Shown: in pieces, positions 41,478 to 49,737 of the stretch | How the letters are laid out: every line of letters begins with the position of its first letter | How positions within the stretch are numbered: the stretch's first letter is position 1 | Made by a program: the position numbers and the translations under genes | Origin: Acidimicrobiales bacterium | GTDB taxonomy: Bacteria; Actinomycetota; Acidimicrobiia; Acidimicrobiales; RAAP-2 | Reading direction: 5' to 3' | Assembly (NCBI GenBank): GCA_035483935.1 | Contig: DATHPK010000029.1 | Location: forward strand, 1 to 54,759 | Length of the DNA stretch: 54,759 nt | Notes under the pieces: generated by a model | Told to the model about the DNA's origin: nothing | What the model saw: only the letters and a program-made list of their open reading frames with translations | Database searches by the model: none

Positions 41478-42743
41478 TCACAGCGCGCCGATGCCGGCGG
41501 CCTCGTTGCGCCTGCGCCACTCGTCCTTCGACATCCGCGTGACGTCGACGTCGCTCGCCACCGTGCGCAGTGCGCCGACGGTCGCCTGTTCCCTTGGCGT
41601 GTGTGCGAAGGGGTCCCACCCGTAGAAGCGGCATGCGTTCTCGAACGTGATCTTGTTGATCTCGGCCTCGTCGGTGACCCCGGCCTCCTGGAACTCGCGC
41701 CAGGCGAACTCGGGCGACTCGGGCCAGGTCGTGTCCGTGTGCGGGTAGTCGCACTCCCAGGCGATGTTGTCGATCCCGATGCGGTCGCGCAGCAGCAGGC
41801 CCGAAGGGTCGGTGATGTAGCAGGCCAGGATGTGGTCGCGGAACACCTCCGAGGGGAGCTTGCCGCCGAAGTCGCTGTGCAGCCACTCCTGGTTTCCGTA
41901 GTGGCGGTCGATGCGGTCGAAGTAGAACGGGATCCAGCCGATCCCGCCCTCGGAGAGCGCGACCTTCAACTCGGGGAAACGGCGCAGCGTGGGGCCGAAC
42001 AACAGGTCCTGCGCGGTGATGGCGCTGATCTGACAGGCCAGCACCATGAGGTGGTCGACAGGCGCCTCATCGGCCCGCTGGATGACCCCGAACCCGGCCC
42101 CGATGTGGAGGGAGAGCACCATGTTCTCGTCGCTCAGCGCCTTGAGCATCGGATCCCAGTAGCCCGACAGGAAGCTCGGGAACCCCTGCACGTGCGGCGT
42201 CTCGAGGAAGCTGATCGACCGGCAGCCCTTCTTCGCCACCCGGCGCACCTCGTCCACCGCAGCGTCGACGTCCCACATCGGGACGATGCCGAGCGGGATG
42301 AACCGGCCCGGGTAGGCCCCGCACCACTCGTCGATGGCCCAGTCGTTGTAGGCCTGCAACATCACGAGCGCGATCTGCTTGTCGCGTGCCTCGGCGAACG
42401 TGCGGGCGTTCCAGCCCGCCATCGTCGGGAAGCACATGGAGCCGAGCACGCCGTTGGCGTTCATGTCCCGGACGCGCTCGTGCACGTCGAAGCACCCGGG
42501 CCGCAGCTCGGTGTAGGTGCCCGGGTTGAAGCCCCACTCCTCGGACGGCCATCCCACCGTGGCCGACATGCCGAAGGAAGTGCTCGTCTTCTCGCCCTGG
42601 AACACCCACTGGTCGATGCCGTCCTCGTGCACGACGCGAGGTGCCTCGTCGGCCCACTTGTTCGGCACGTGGTTCTCGTACATGTGCGGCGGCTCGATCA
42701 TGTGGTCGTCGATGGAGACCAGGATCATGTCCTCCATGTTCAT
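41478..42743 (-). CDS. Amidohydrolase_2 family protein
   Basis: In frame with track ORF 41478..42977. ATG 42743 (MNMEDMILVSIDDHMIEPP) is preceded by GAGGAGG. IAWECDYPHTD near the C-terminus. Confidence 0.85.
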   Translation of the reverse strand: MNMEDMILVSIDDHMIEPPHMYENHVPNKWADEAPRVVHEDGIDQWVFQGEKTSTSFGMSATVGWPSEEWGFNPGTYTELRPGCFDVHERVRDMNANGVLGSMCFPTMAGWNARTFAEARDKQIALVMLQAYNDWAIDEWCGAYPGRFIPLGIVPMWDVDAAVDEVRRVAKKGCRSISFLETPHVQGFPSFLSGYWDPMLKALSDENMVLSLHIGAGFGVIQRADEAPVDHLMVLACQISAITAQDLLFGPTLRRFPELKVALSEGGIGWIPFYFDRIDRHYGNQEWLHSDFGGKLPSEVFRDHILACYITDPSGLLLRDRIGIDNIAWECDYPHTDTTWPESPEFAWREFQEAGVTDEAEINKITFENACRFYGWDPFAHTPREQATVGALRTVASDVDVTRMSKDEWRRRNEAAGIGAL

Positions 42744-42765
42744 CGCCGGCCCTCCTCTACGTTCC

Positions 42766-43965
42766 TCACGCCGTCCGTACGGGCAGCGTCTCCCAGCCGC
42801 GCACCGTGGAGGTGCGGGCGCGCTTGGCCCGGTCGTAGTCGACCTCCCACTCGGGGAAGCGGTTGAGCACCTCGTCCAACGCGACGCGCCCTTCGAGCCG
42901 GGCGAGCGCCGCGCCCAGGCAGAGATGGATGCCGTAGCCGAAGGCCTGATGGCGGCCGATGTCGCGGTGGATGTCAAAACTGTCGCCGTCGGGGAAGTGC
43001 CGCTCGTCCCGGTTGGCCGATCCGTTCAGCATCACCATCACGCTGCCCTCGGGCACCGTGCGGCCGAGGACCTCGACGTCTCGCGCCACGTAGCGCGACT
43101 GCACCGGACTCGGTGACTCGTAGCGCAACAGCTCCTCGATGGTGTTGGGTATCAGCGACCGGTCCGCCACGAGCTCGGCGCGCTGGTCCGGGTGGCGGCC
43201 GAGCACCTCGCCGGTGAAGCCGATCAGGCGCGTGGTGGTCTCGTTCCCGGCCCCGGCGAGCAGGCCGACGTAGCCGATGATCTCCTCGTGGGTCAGCGTC
43301 CGCCGCGTGCCGGTGTGGTCCTCGAACTCGGCGTTGATCAGTTCGGTCATCAAGTCGTCGGAAGGGTGGTCCGCCCGCCAGGTGACGTACTCGGAGAACA
43401 CGTCGAACTGGGCGTTGCCGTCGTACACCCGCTCGGACGGGGCGCCCTCGTCGAGGCGCAGGCCTTCGTCGAGAACGTCGCGGATCGCCTCCTGGTCCTG
43501 TTCGGGGATGCCGAGCAGCATCCCGATGACGCGCATGGGCATGAACCGGCCCAGGTTCTCGACGAAGTCGAACTCACCGGTCCCGACCAGGGGGTCGAGC
43601 ACCTGCGCGCAATAGGCGCGCACCTGTGGCTCGAGCGCCAGCATCTTCTTCGGCGTGAAGACCCGGGACAGCAGGGACCGGTGCTCGTCGTGGGCGGGTG
43701 GGTCCTCGAAGAGGATCGACCCCGGTGGGATCTCCACGCCCGCCTTGATGATCTCGAGCACCGAACCACGGCCCGAGAGATAGGTCTGCCAGTCGAGCAT
43801 GGCCGCGTCGACGTCTTCCCAGCGGCTGAGCGCGAAGAACTCGTACTTCTCGTTCCAGTACAGCGGCGCCTCGTCGCGCAGGCGCTTCCAGACTGGATAC
43901 GGGTCGGCGTCGATGTCGAAGTCGTACGGGTCGTAGTAGACGTCCGAGGAGCTGGTGACGGTCAC
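42766..43965 (-). CDS. Cytochrome P450
   Basis: Track ORF 42766..43965 (-), 399 aa. AGNETT I-helix, ELLRYESP (EXXR), heme loop FGYGIHLCLG. Confidence 0.92.
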   Translation of the reverse strand: MTVTSSSDVYYDPYDFDIDADPYPVWKRLRDEAPLYWNEKYEFFALSRWEDVDAAMLDWQTYLSGRGSVLEIIKAGVEIPPGSILFEDPPAHDEHRSLLSRVFTPKKMLALEPQVRAYCAQVLDPLVGTGEFDFVENLGRFMPMRVIGMLLGIPEQDQEAIRDVLDEGLRLDEGAPSERVYDGNAQFDVFSEYVTWRADHPSDDLMTELINAEFEDHTGTRRTLTHEEIIGYVGLLAGAGNETTTRLIGFTGEVLGRHPDQRAELVADRSLIPNTIEELLRYESPSPVQSRYVARDVEVLGRTVPEGSVMVMLNGSANRDERHFPDGDSFDIHRDIGRHQAFGYGIHLCLGAALARLEGRVALDEVLNRFPEWEVDYDRAKRARTSTVRGWETLPVRTA

Positions 43966-43989
43966 GTCCTGGCCTCCTGCCCGCGAGCC

Positions 43990-45477
43990 CTAGCCCGCGG
44001 GCCAGGAGACCGACTTGATCTCCAGGTACTGCTCGAAGCCGGGCTTGCCGTTCTGGCGCCCGACCCCACTGTGCTTGTACCCGCCGAAGGGGAGGTCCGG
44101 GCCGTAGGGTGCGCCGCCGTTGATCGACAAGCCACCGGTCCGGATCCGCTTGGCCACGGCCAACGAGTGCTCGACCGAGCCCGAGAAGATGCCCCCCGAC
44201 AGCCCGTAGATGCTGTCGTTGGCGATGCGCACGGCGTCGTCCTCGTCCTCGAACGGGATCACGACGAGCACCGGCCCGAAGATCTCCTCCTGGGCGATGG
44301 TCATGGAGTTGTCGACGTCGGTGAAGAGCGTCGGCTCCACCCACCAGCCCTTGGCGAACTCGTCGCCCGAGGGGCGGCCGCCGCCGAGGGCCAGCGTCGC
44401 GCCCTCCTTCTGCCCCTTCTCGATGTAGCCCAAGACCCGTTCGCGCTGCTTGGCCGACACCAAGGGCCCCATGATGACGTCCTCGCGGTGCGGCTCGCCG
44501 TAGGGCACGGCGGCGAACATGGCCGTCAGTTGCTCGACGCCCTCGTCGTAGCGGGACCGGGGCAGCAGCATCCGCGTCTGAATCGCGCAGCCCTGCCCGG
44601 CGTGGAAGCACGCCCCCATGCCCATCATCGCCGCCAGGCCCAGGTCGGCATCCTCCAGCACGATGGTGGCCGACTTCCCACCCAGCTCGAGGAAGACCCG
44701 CTTCATCGTCGCCGCGCCCTTCTCCATGATCCGGCGCCCCACCGCAGTCGAGCCCGTGAACGAGATCATGTCGACCTTCGGCGAAATCGTGAGCTCTTCG
44801 CCGACGAGGTGGTCCGACGACGTAACGACGTTGATCACGCCGGCGGGAATGTCGGTCTTCTCCGCGATCAGCCGCCCGAGGAACGTGGCGTTCCACGGGG
44901 TGTCGGGCGCCGGCTTCACGATCATCGTGTTGCCCGTCGCCAGCGCCTGGCCGACCTTGTGCAGCGTGACCTCGACGGGGAAGTTCCACGGGATGATGGC
45001 GCCCACGACGCCGACGGGCTCGCGCCAGATCCGCCTCGAGTCCAGGGCGCCGGTGATCCCCATGGCGTCGGGCAGCACCGTCTCCCACTCGAAGTTGTCG
45101 ATCTCCTTGGCCGGCCACGCCAGCGCCTCGGAGAGCGGCGCGTCGAGCTGCGGGCCGTGCGTCGTCATCACCGGGCATCCCACCTCGAGGATCAGCTGCT
45201 CGCGCAGCTCCTCCTGCTCGGCCTGGAGCGCGTCGTGCAACTGCTCGAGGCACCGCTTGCGCAGGGCGTGGTTGGTCGACCAGTCGGTCTCGTCAAACGC
45301 GCGGCGCGCCGCGTCGATGGCCTGGAGCATCTCGGTGGACGACGCGTCCGTCACCGACCCGATGACCTCTTCGGTGGCCGGGTTGATGTTGTCGAAGGTC
45401 TTGCCGGAATCGGCCTCGACCAGCTTCCCGTCGATGAGCATCCGCTGCTCAGGATTGACCTTCACTGCGTCGGCCAC
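43990..45477 (-). CDS. Aldehyde dehydrogenase family protein
   Basis: In frame with track ORF 43990..45753. GTG 45477 (VADAVKVNPEQRMLIDG) is preceded by AGGAAGAGGA. VFLELGGKSA and the catalytic Cys region FHAGQGCAIQTR. Confidence 0.9.
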   Translation of the reverse strand: MADAVKVNPEQRMLIDGKLVEADSGKTFDNINPATEEVIGSVTDASSTEMLQAIDAARRAFDETDWSTNHALRKRCLEQLHDALQAEQEELREQLILEVGCPVMTTHGPQLDAPLSEALAWPAKEIDNFEWETVLPDAMGITGALDSRRIWREPVGVVGAIIPWNFPVEVTLHKVGQALATGNTMIVKPAPDTPWNATFLGRLIAEKTDIPAGVINVVTSSDHLVGEELTISPKVDMISFTGSTAVGRRIMEKGAATMKRVFLELGGKSATIVLEDADLGLAAMMGMGACFHAGQGCAIQTRMLLPRSRYDEGVEQLTAMFAAVPYGEPHREDVIMGPLVSAKQRERVLGYIEKGQKEGATLALGGGRPSGDEFAKGWWVEPTLFTDVDNSMTIAQEEIFGPVLVVIPFEDEDDAVRIANDSIYGLSGGIFSGSVEHSLAVAKRIRTGGLSINGGAPYGPDLPFGGYKHSGVGRQNGKPGFEQYLEIKSVSWPAG

Positions 45478-45582
45478 AGTCCTCTTCCTCTCGTCGCTCG
45501 GATTTGCCCACCCCACGAAGGGCACGGCTGTCCCGCCGGAGACCGGAAAACCCCGGTCACCCTGCTGAGACGCCTGTTTCGG

Positions 45583-45626
45583 AGGGTATCTGACTTTGAC
45601 GTCGCCGTCAAAATTGGCGATAGGCT
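45583..45626. promoter_or_regulatory. Back-to-back divergent promoters sharing the palindrome TTGACG-TCGC-CGTCAA (45596-45611)
   Basis: Plus strand: TTGACG (45596-45601), 19-nt spacer, TAGGCT (45621-45626). Minus strand: TTGACG (45611-45606), 17-nt spacer, TACCCT (45588-45583). The site lies between the ALDH operon (minus) and the thioesterase gene (plus). Confidence 0.5.
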
Positions 45627-45742
45627 CGCCTGGTCCCAAAGTAGCGCCTCGCGTCCCGGCCTCGGCCGGGCGTGGAGGCCGGACCGCCGCCTCCACCGAC
45701 AGTGAAATCGCCCGTTCCGCCGCCGAGAAGAAGGAGCCCCTG

Positions 45743-46573
45743 ATGCCAACCATCGACGCCTTCCTCGAGGCCCTGACCCTCGAGCCGGCCGGCGAGGACC
45801 GCTACCGCGCCATCAACCTGCCGTCGGCCCACGGGGTCGTGTTCGGCGGCCAACTCCTGGCCCAATCGATCGTGGCGGGGCTAGCGGGACAGGAAGGCAA
45901 GTCGGTCAAGACCATTCACACCGTGTTCGCTCGAGGCGCATCGCACGACGCACCCCTCGAGATCGCCGTCGAGCGCATGCACGCAGGACGTTCCGTCGCG
46001 AGCAGCACCGTGACCATCAGCCAGGGCGACCAGATCTGCACCCGCTCGCTCGTTTTGCTCAGCGCGCTCGAGGACGACGTCATCCGGCACGCCGACCCAC
46101 GCCGCTCGTCCTCGAGCCCCGACGATGTCGCCGGCCACGTCCGCGGCGAAGAGGCATGGGAGATCGGCATCGTGGGCAACGTTGACATCAGCGACCCCGA
46201 GCTCGTCGGGCCACCCGAGCTCGACGTCTGGATCCGCTTCGCGGGCGCCCCCGACGATCGGGCCACCGACCAGGCGCTCGTCAGCTACTCGACCGACGGC
46301 TTCCTCATCGGCACGGCGATGCGCCCGCACGCAGGCGTCGGCCAGGCGCAGGCGCATGTCACCCTGTCAACCGGTGTACTCAGCCACACGCTCACGTTCC
46401 ACGAGCTCTGCCCCGCCGGCGATTGGCACCTGTTGGAGCAGCGTGCCACGTACGCCGGCCACGGTCGCAGCTACGGCCGGGGCGAGATCTTCCGCTCCAA
46501 CGGACAGCTGGCCGCGTCGTTCGTACAGGACGCCATGATCCGCGCTCGCTCCGGGACCGCCGGAAAGCTCTGA
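45743..46573 (+). CDS. Acyl-CoA thioesterase II (TesB-like)
   Basis: In frame with track ORF 45596..46573. ATG 45743 is preceded by GAAGGAG. VFGGQLLAQSIVAG, RPHAGVGQAQAH, GRGEIFRSNGQLAASFVQDAMIR. Confidence 0.88.
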   Translation: MPTIDAFLEALTLEPAGEDRYRAINLPSAHGVVFGGQLLAQSIVAGLAGQEGKSVKTIHTVFARGASHDAPLEIAVERMHAGRSVASSTVTISQGDQICTRSLVLLSALEDDVIRHADPRRSSSSPDDVAGHVRGEEAWEIGIVGNVDISDPELVGPPELDVWIRFAGAPDDRATDQALVSYSTDGFLIGTAMRPHAGVGQAQAHVTLSTGVLSHTLTFHELCPAGDWHLLEQRATYAGHGRSYGRGEIFRSNGQLAASFVQDAMIRARSGTAGKL

Positions 46574-46697
46574 CGCGGAGTTCCACGATGACATGCAGCA
46601 GTGCCTTGACACATGAAGAAGATGGTGAAGGAGATACGGATGAGTAGCCTCGAAAAGCACGGTGCGTGCGCCGTGGTCTCGAAGTCTGGAGGACCTA

Positions 46698-47879
46698 ATG
46701 ACTCTCGCCAGTGAAGTGCCTGAGGGGCTGGCTGTGCTGGACGCCGATTCGCATTTCACCGACGTCCAGGACCTTTGGACGAAGCGGGCCCCGGCGGCCT
46801 TCAAGGATCAGATCCTGCACGTCGAGGACGTCGACGGGGAGCGCCAGTGGGTCATCGAGGGGACGGCCGTGGGTAAGGCGGGCGGCGGAAGCACCATCGA
46901 CCGGGAAGGAGTGAAACATCCCTTCATGGAATCGATGCTCGAATGGGATTTCGAACGAGCCCACGTCGCCGCCTGGGACGTCGACGCCCGCCTGGAGGTG
47001 CTCGACGACATGGGCATCCAGCATCAGGTCCTGTATCCCAATGCGCTCGGACTGGGAGGCCAGACCCTGGGCGAGGTGAAAGACCTCGCGCTGCGTCGCA
47101 TCTGTGTGGAGATCTTCAACGACACGAGGGCGGAAATTCAGGAGCGCACGAACAACCGCCTGCTGCCGATGCCCATCCTGCCCGCTTGGGATGTCGACGA
47201 ATGCGTTCGCGAGGCGGAGCGGATCGGAGGCCTCGGGCTGCGGGGGATCAACATGACGTCGGACCCCCAGGACCTGGGCTCGCCGGACCTGGCCAACCGG
47301 GCCTGGGACCCACTCTGGGAGGTCTGTGAGGACCTCGAGCTCCCGGTCCACTTCCACATCGGCTCGAGTCTCACGGCCATGAACTTCTACGGGCAGTACT
47401 TCTGGGAGTCCCAAGATGAGTTCGTGAAGCCCGCAATCGGCGGCTCCATGCTGTTCATCGGGAATGCCCGCGTCGTGATCAACACCATCTTTTCAGGGCT
47501 GTTCGACCGTTTCCCCAAGCTCAAGATGGTGTCTGTCGAGAGTGGCATCGGCTGGGTGCCGTTCATCCTCGAGACGATGGACTGGGAGCTGCCCGAGAAC
47601 GCACCCGCTCAAGCAGCAGAGCTCGGGCGAAAGCCCTCGGAGTACTTCAAGTCGAACTGGTTCGGCACCATGTGGTTCGAGACAGGGCGTGGGCATCTCC
47701 AAGAGCTGGTCGACAAGGTGGGTGAGGACAACATCCTCTTCGAGACCGACTTTCCCCATCCCACCGCTCTGTGGCCAAAGCCACTGCAACACGTGCACGA
47801 CGCGATGGCAACGCTCAGGCCGGAGTCGGTTCGAAAGATCCTCGGAGAGAACGGGACCAAGCTCTACCGCCTGCGCTAG
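46698..47879 (+). CDS. Amidohydrolase_2 family protein
   Basis: In frame with track ORF 46662..47879. ATG 46698 (MTLASEVPEGLAVLDADSHF) is preceded by GGAGGA. ILFETDFPHPT. Long near-identical stretches with 31289..32449 (DLANRAWDPLWEVC, LPVHFHIG, GNARVV, MVSVESG). Confidence 0.88.
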   Translation: MTLASEVPEGLAVLDADSHFTDVQDLWTKRAPAAFKDQILHVEDVDGERQWVIEGTAVGKAGGGSTIDREGVKHPFMESMLEWDFERAHVAAWDVDARLEVLDDMGIQHQVLYPNALGLGGQTLGEVKDLALRRICVEIFNDTRAEIQERTNNRLLPMPILPAWDVDECVREAERIGGLGLRGINMTSDPQDLGSPDLANRAWDPLWEVCEDLELPVHFHIGSSLTAMNFYGQYFWESQDEFVKPAIGGSMLFIGNARVVINTIFSGLFDRFPKLKMVSVESGIGWVPFILETMDWELPENAPAQAAELGRKPSEYFKSNWFGTMWFETGRGHLQELVDKVGEDNILFETDFPHPTALWPKPLQHVHDAMATLRPESVRKILGENGTKLYRLR

Positions 47880-47909
47880 GAGCCCGGCCACGACCCTTCC
47901 TGCGCCGGC

Positions 47910-48875
47910 TCAGTCCTCGCCAAGTTGTTTGAGCTGGCGAGCCAGCCAGTCGTCCTTGCACCGCGTCGCAAGCTCCACGGCCTGTGCGTCCTGGGCCATC
48001 TGGTAGGCGTGCGGCAATCCGGCGATCACGTGCAGTTCGCACGGCACGCCGGCCTGGTTGAGCCGCGATGCGTAGTCGACATCCTCGTCACGGAAGCCGT
48101 CGATCGATCCCACCACGACACAGCTCGGTGGCAGACCGGCGAGGTTTGTCGCCCGGGCCGCCGCCGCGTGGGGCGGGACGTCGTCCGAGCCGTAGAGATC
48201 TCCGAGGTAGGAGCGCCAACCGAACGTGTTCGATTCGGCGCCCCAGATGTAGAGGCCGGCCGCACCGATCGACGGCGTGACCTGGCGGTCGTCGAGCATG
48301 GGACAGTCCAGAAGCTGAAACGCCATCGGAAACTCGCCGCGGTCACGGACCATCAGCGCCAAGGCCGCGGCCAGCCCTCCTCCCGCGCTGATGCCGTAGA
48401 TGCCAAGGCGTGCGGGATCGACGCCGATCTCGTCCGCATGCTCGTGTGCCCAACGCAATGCCGCGTAACAGTCTTCGATTGGGCCGGGGTACGGAGTATC
48501 CGGTGCCAACCGGTACTGCACCGAGATGCCGACCGTCCCGAGACTCGGGGACCATTGATCGTGCAGAAAGTCATCCATGTCGTACGAGCCGATGACGTAG
48601 CCGCCGCCGTGGATGGTGAAGATGCCCGGCAGCACGCCGTCCACCCCCGCCGGGCGGTGCACCCGAACGGGAATCGGTGGGTCCCCGGGCACAACGTGCT
48701 CCGTGCGTGCGACAGCATCGGACAGCGCCATTCCCGGGAACGGCGTATTGCGGATGGCCGAAACCGTTTCGGCATCGAATGGCGGCAACTCGAACGAGCC
48801 GAACACCTCGCGGAGCTCCGGATCGAGCAGACCGCGTACATCGACCGGGTCGTTTCCTTGCGACCGCACGCTCAT
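47910..48875 (-). CDS. Alpha/beta hydrolase, hormone-sensitive-lipase-type esterase (Abhydrolase_3)
   Basis: In frame with track ORF 47910..49331. ATG 48875 forms an ATGA overlap with the upstream SDR stop. Oxyanion motif FTIHGGGY, nucleophile elbow YGISAGGG. Confidence 0.88.
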   Translation of the reverse strand: MSVRSQGNDPVDVRGLLDPELREVFGSFELPPFDAETVSAIRNTPFPGMALSDAVARTEHVVPGDPPIPVRVHRPAGVDGVLPGIFTIHGGGYVIGSYDMDDFLHDQWSPSLGTVGISVQYRLAPDTPYPGPIEDCYAALRWAHEHADEIGVDPARLGIYGISAGGGLAAALALMVRDRGEFPMAFQLLDCPMLDDRQVTPSIGAAGLYIWGAESNTFGWRSYLGDLYGSDDVPPHAAAARATNLAGLPPSCVVVGSIDGFRDEDVDYASRLNQAGVPCELHVIAGLPHAYQMAQDAQAVELATRCKDDWLARQLKQLGED

Positions 48876-49705
48876 AATGACAACGCTCCAGTCCTTATTG
48901 CGGCAATCACTCCGCCGTCGACCGTCAGGTCCACGCCTGTCACATAGCGCGCCTCGTCGGAGAGCAGGAAGGTCACAGCCGACGCGACCTCCTCCGGGCG
49001 GCCTTCTCGCCCGAACGCGGACGATTTCACGAGCATCGCCATGACGTCGTGGGTGTCCGCTTCTTGCCGTCCCATCGGGGTGTCGATGATGCCGGGCGTC
49101 ACCGAACAGATCCGGGCTCCCACTCGCCCGAACGGACCGGCCTCGCGACGGACAAATCGCTGCACTCCTCGCTTGGCCCAGGTGTACGCCATCCCGGGGT
49201 CCTCGAGGCTCGACCCGACCGACTCCCGGAGGCGCTCGAGGAAGTCGGGGTGCAACGGATCGTCGAGGGCGCCGTCGGCGGGTTGGTCGACATCGGGGAT
49301 CGCCAGCGGAGCTGAGATCGAGGCGAAGCACACGATCGCCGTGCCCTCGGTGGCCAGGGGTCGCAGTGCATCGACGAGCATCGCCGTGCCGACCAAATCG
49401 ACCGTCAGGACCTCACGCCATTCGGCCATCGTCGGCGAGACCCCCGCCGCATGGGCCACCGCTCGCAGTGGACCCAGTTCTCCGGACCGAGCGGCCAGTC
49501 GCGCCAGGCCGTCGCGGTCCTTGACGTCGACGGCGATCGTTTCGACCGTGGCGCGCCCTGCCATCGACGACAGCCGTTGGGCCGCGGCGGCGAGGCCGGC
49601 CTCGTCCCGGTCGACCAACACCAGCACGTCCACCATGTCCTTGACCCGGTCTGCGCACGCAGCACCCATGCCGCGCCCCGCTCCCGTCACGATGCCGACC
49701 GTCAT
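48872..49705 (-). CDS. SDR family oxidoreductase
   Basis: Track ORF 48872..49705 (-), 277 aa. IVTGAGRGMG, YTWAKRGV (YxxxK), and the C-terminal YVTGVDLTVDGG. Confidence 0.9.
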   Translation of the reverse strand: MTVGIVTGAGRGMGAACADRVKDMVDVLVLVDRDEAGLAAAAQRLSSMAGRATVETIAVDVKDRDGLARLAARSGELGPLRAVAHAAGVSPTMAEWREVLTVDLVGTAMLVDALRPLATEGTAIVCFASISAPLAIPDVDQPADGALDDPLHPDFLERLRESVGSSLEDPGMAYTWAKRGVQRFVRREAGPFGRVGARICSVTPGIIDTPMGRQEADTHDVMAMLVKSSAFGREGRPEEVASAVTFLLSDEARYVTGVDLTVDGGVIAAIRTGALSL

Positions 49706-49737
49706 CGACCCCTCACCACTCCCCGCTCACCATGGAC

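Noticed and set aside
43192-45705. 837-aa + strand ORF, the longest ORF in the window, plus 43574..45253 (-) 559 aa
   Set aside because: It is antisense (or out of frame) to the P450 and aldehyde dehydrogenase genes. It has no motifs, and long antisense ORFs over ALDH-type genes are a known high-GC artefact.
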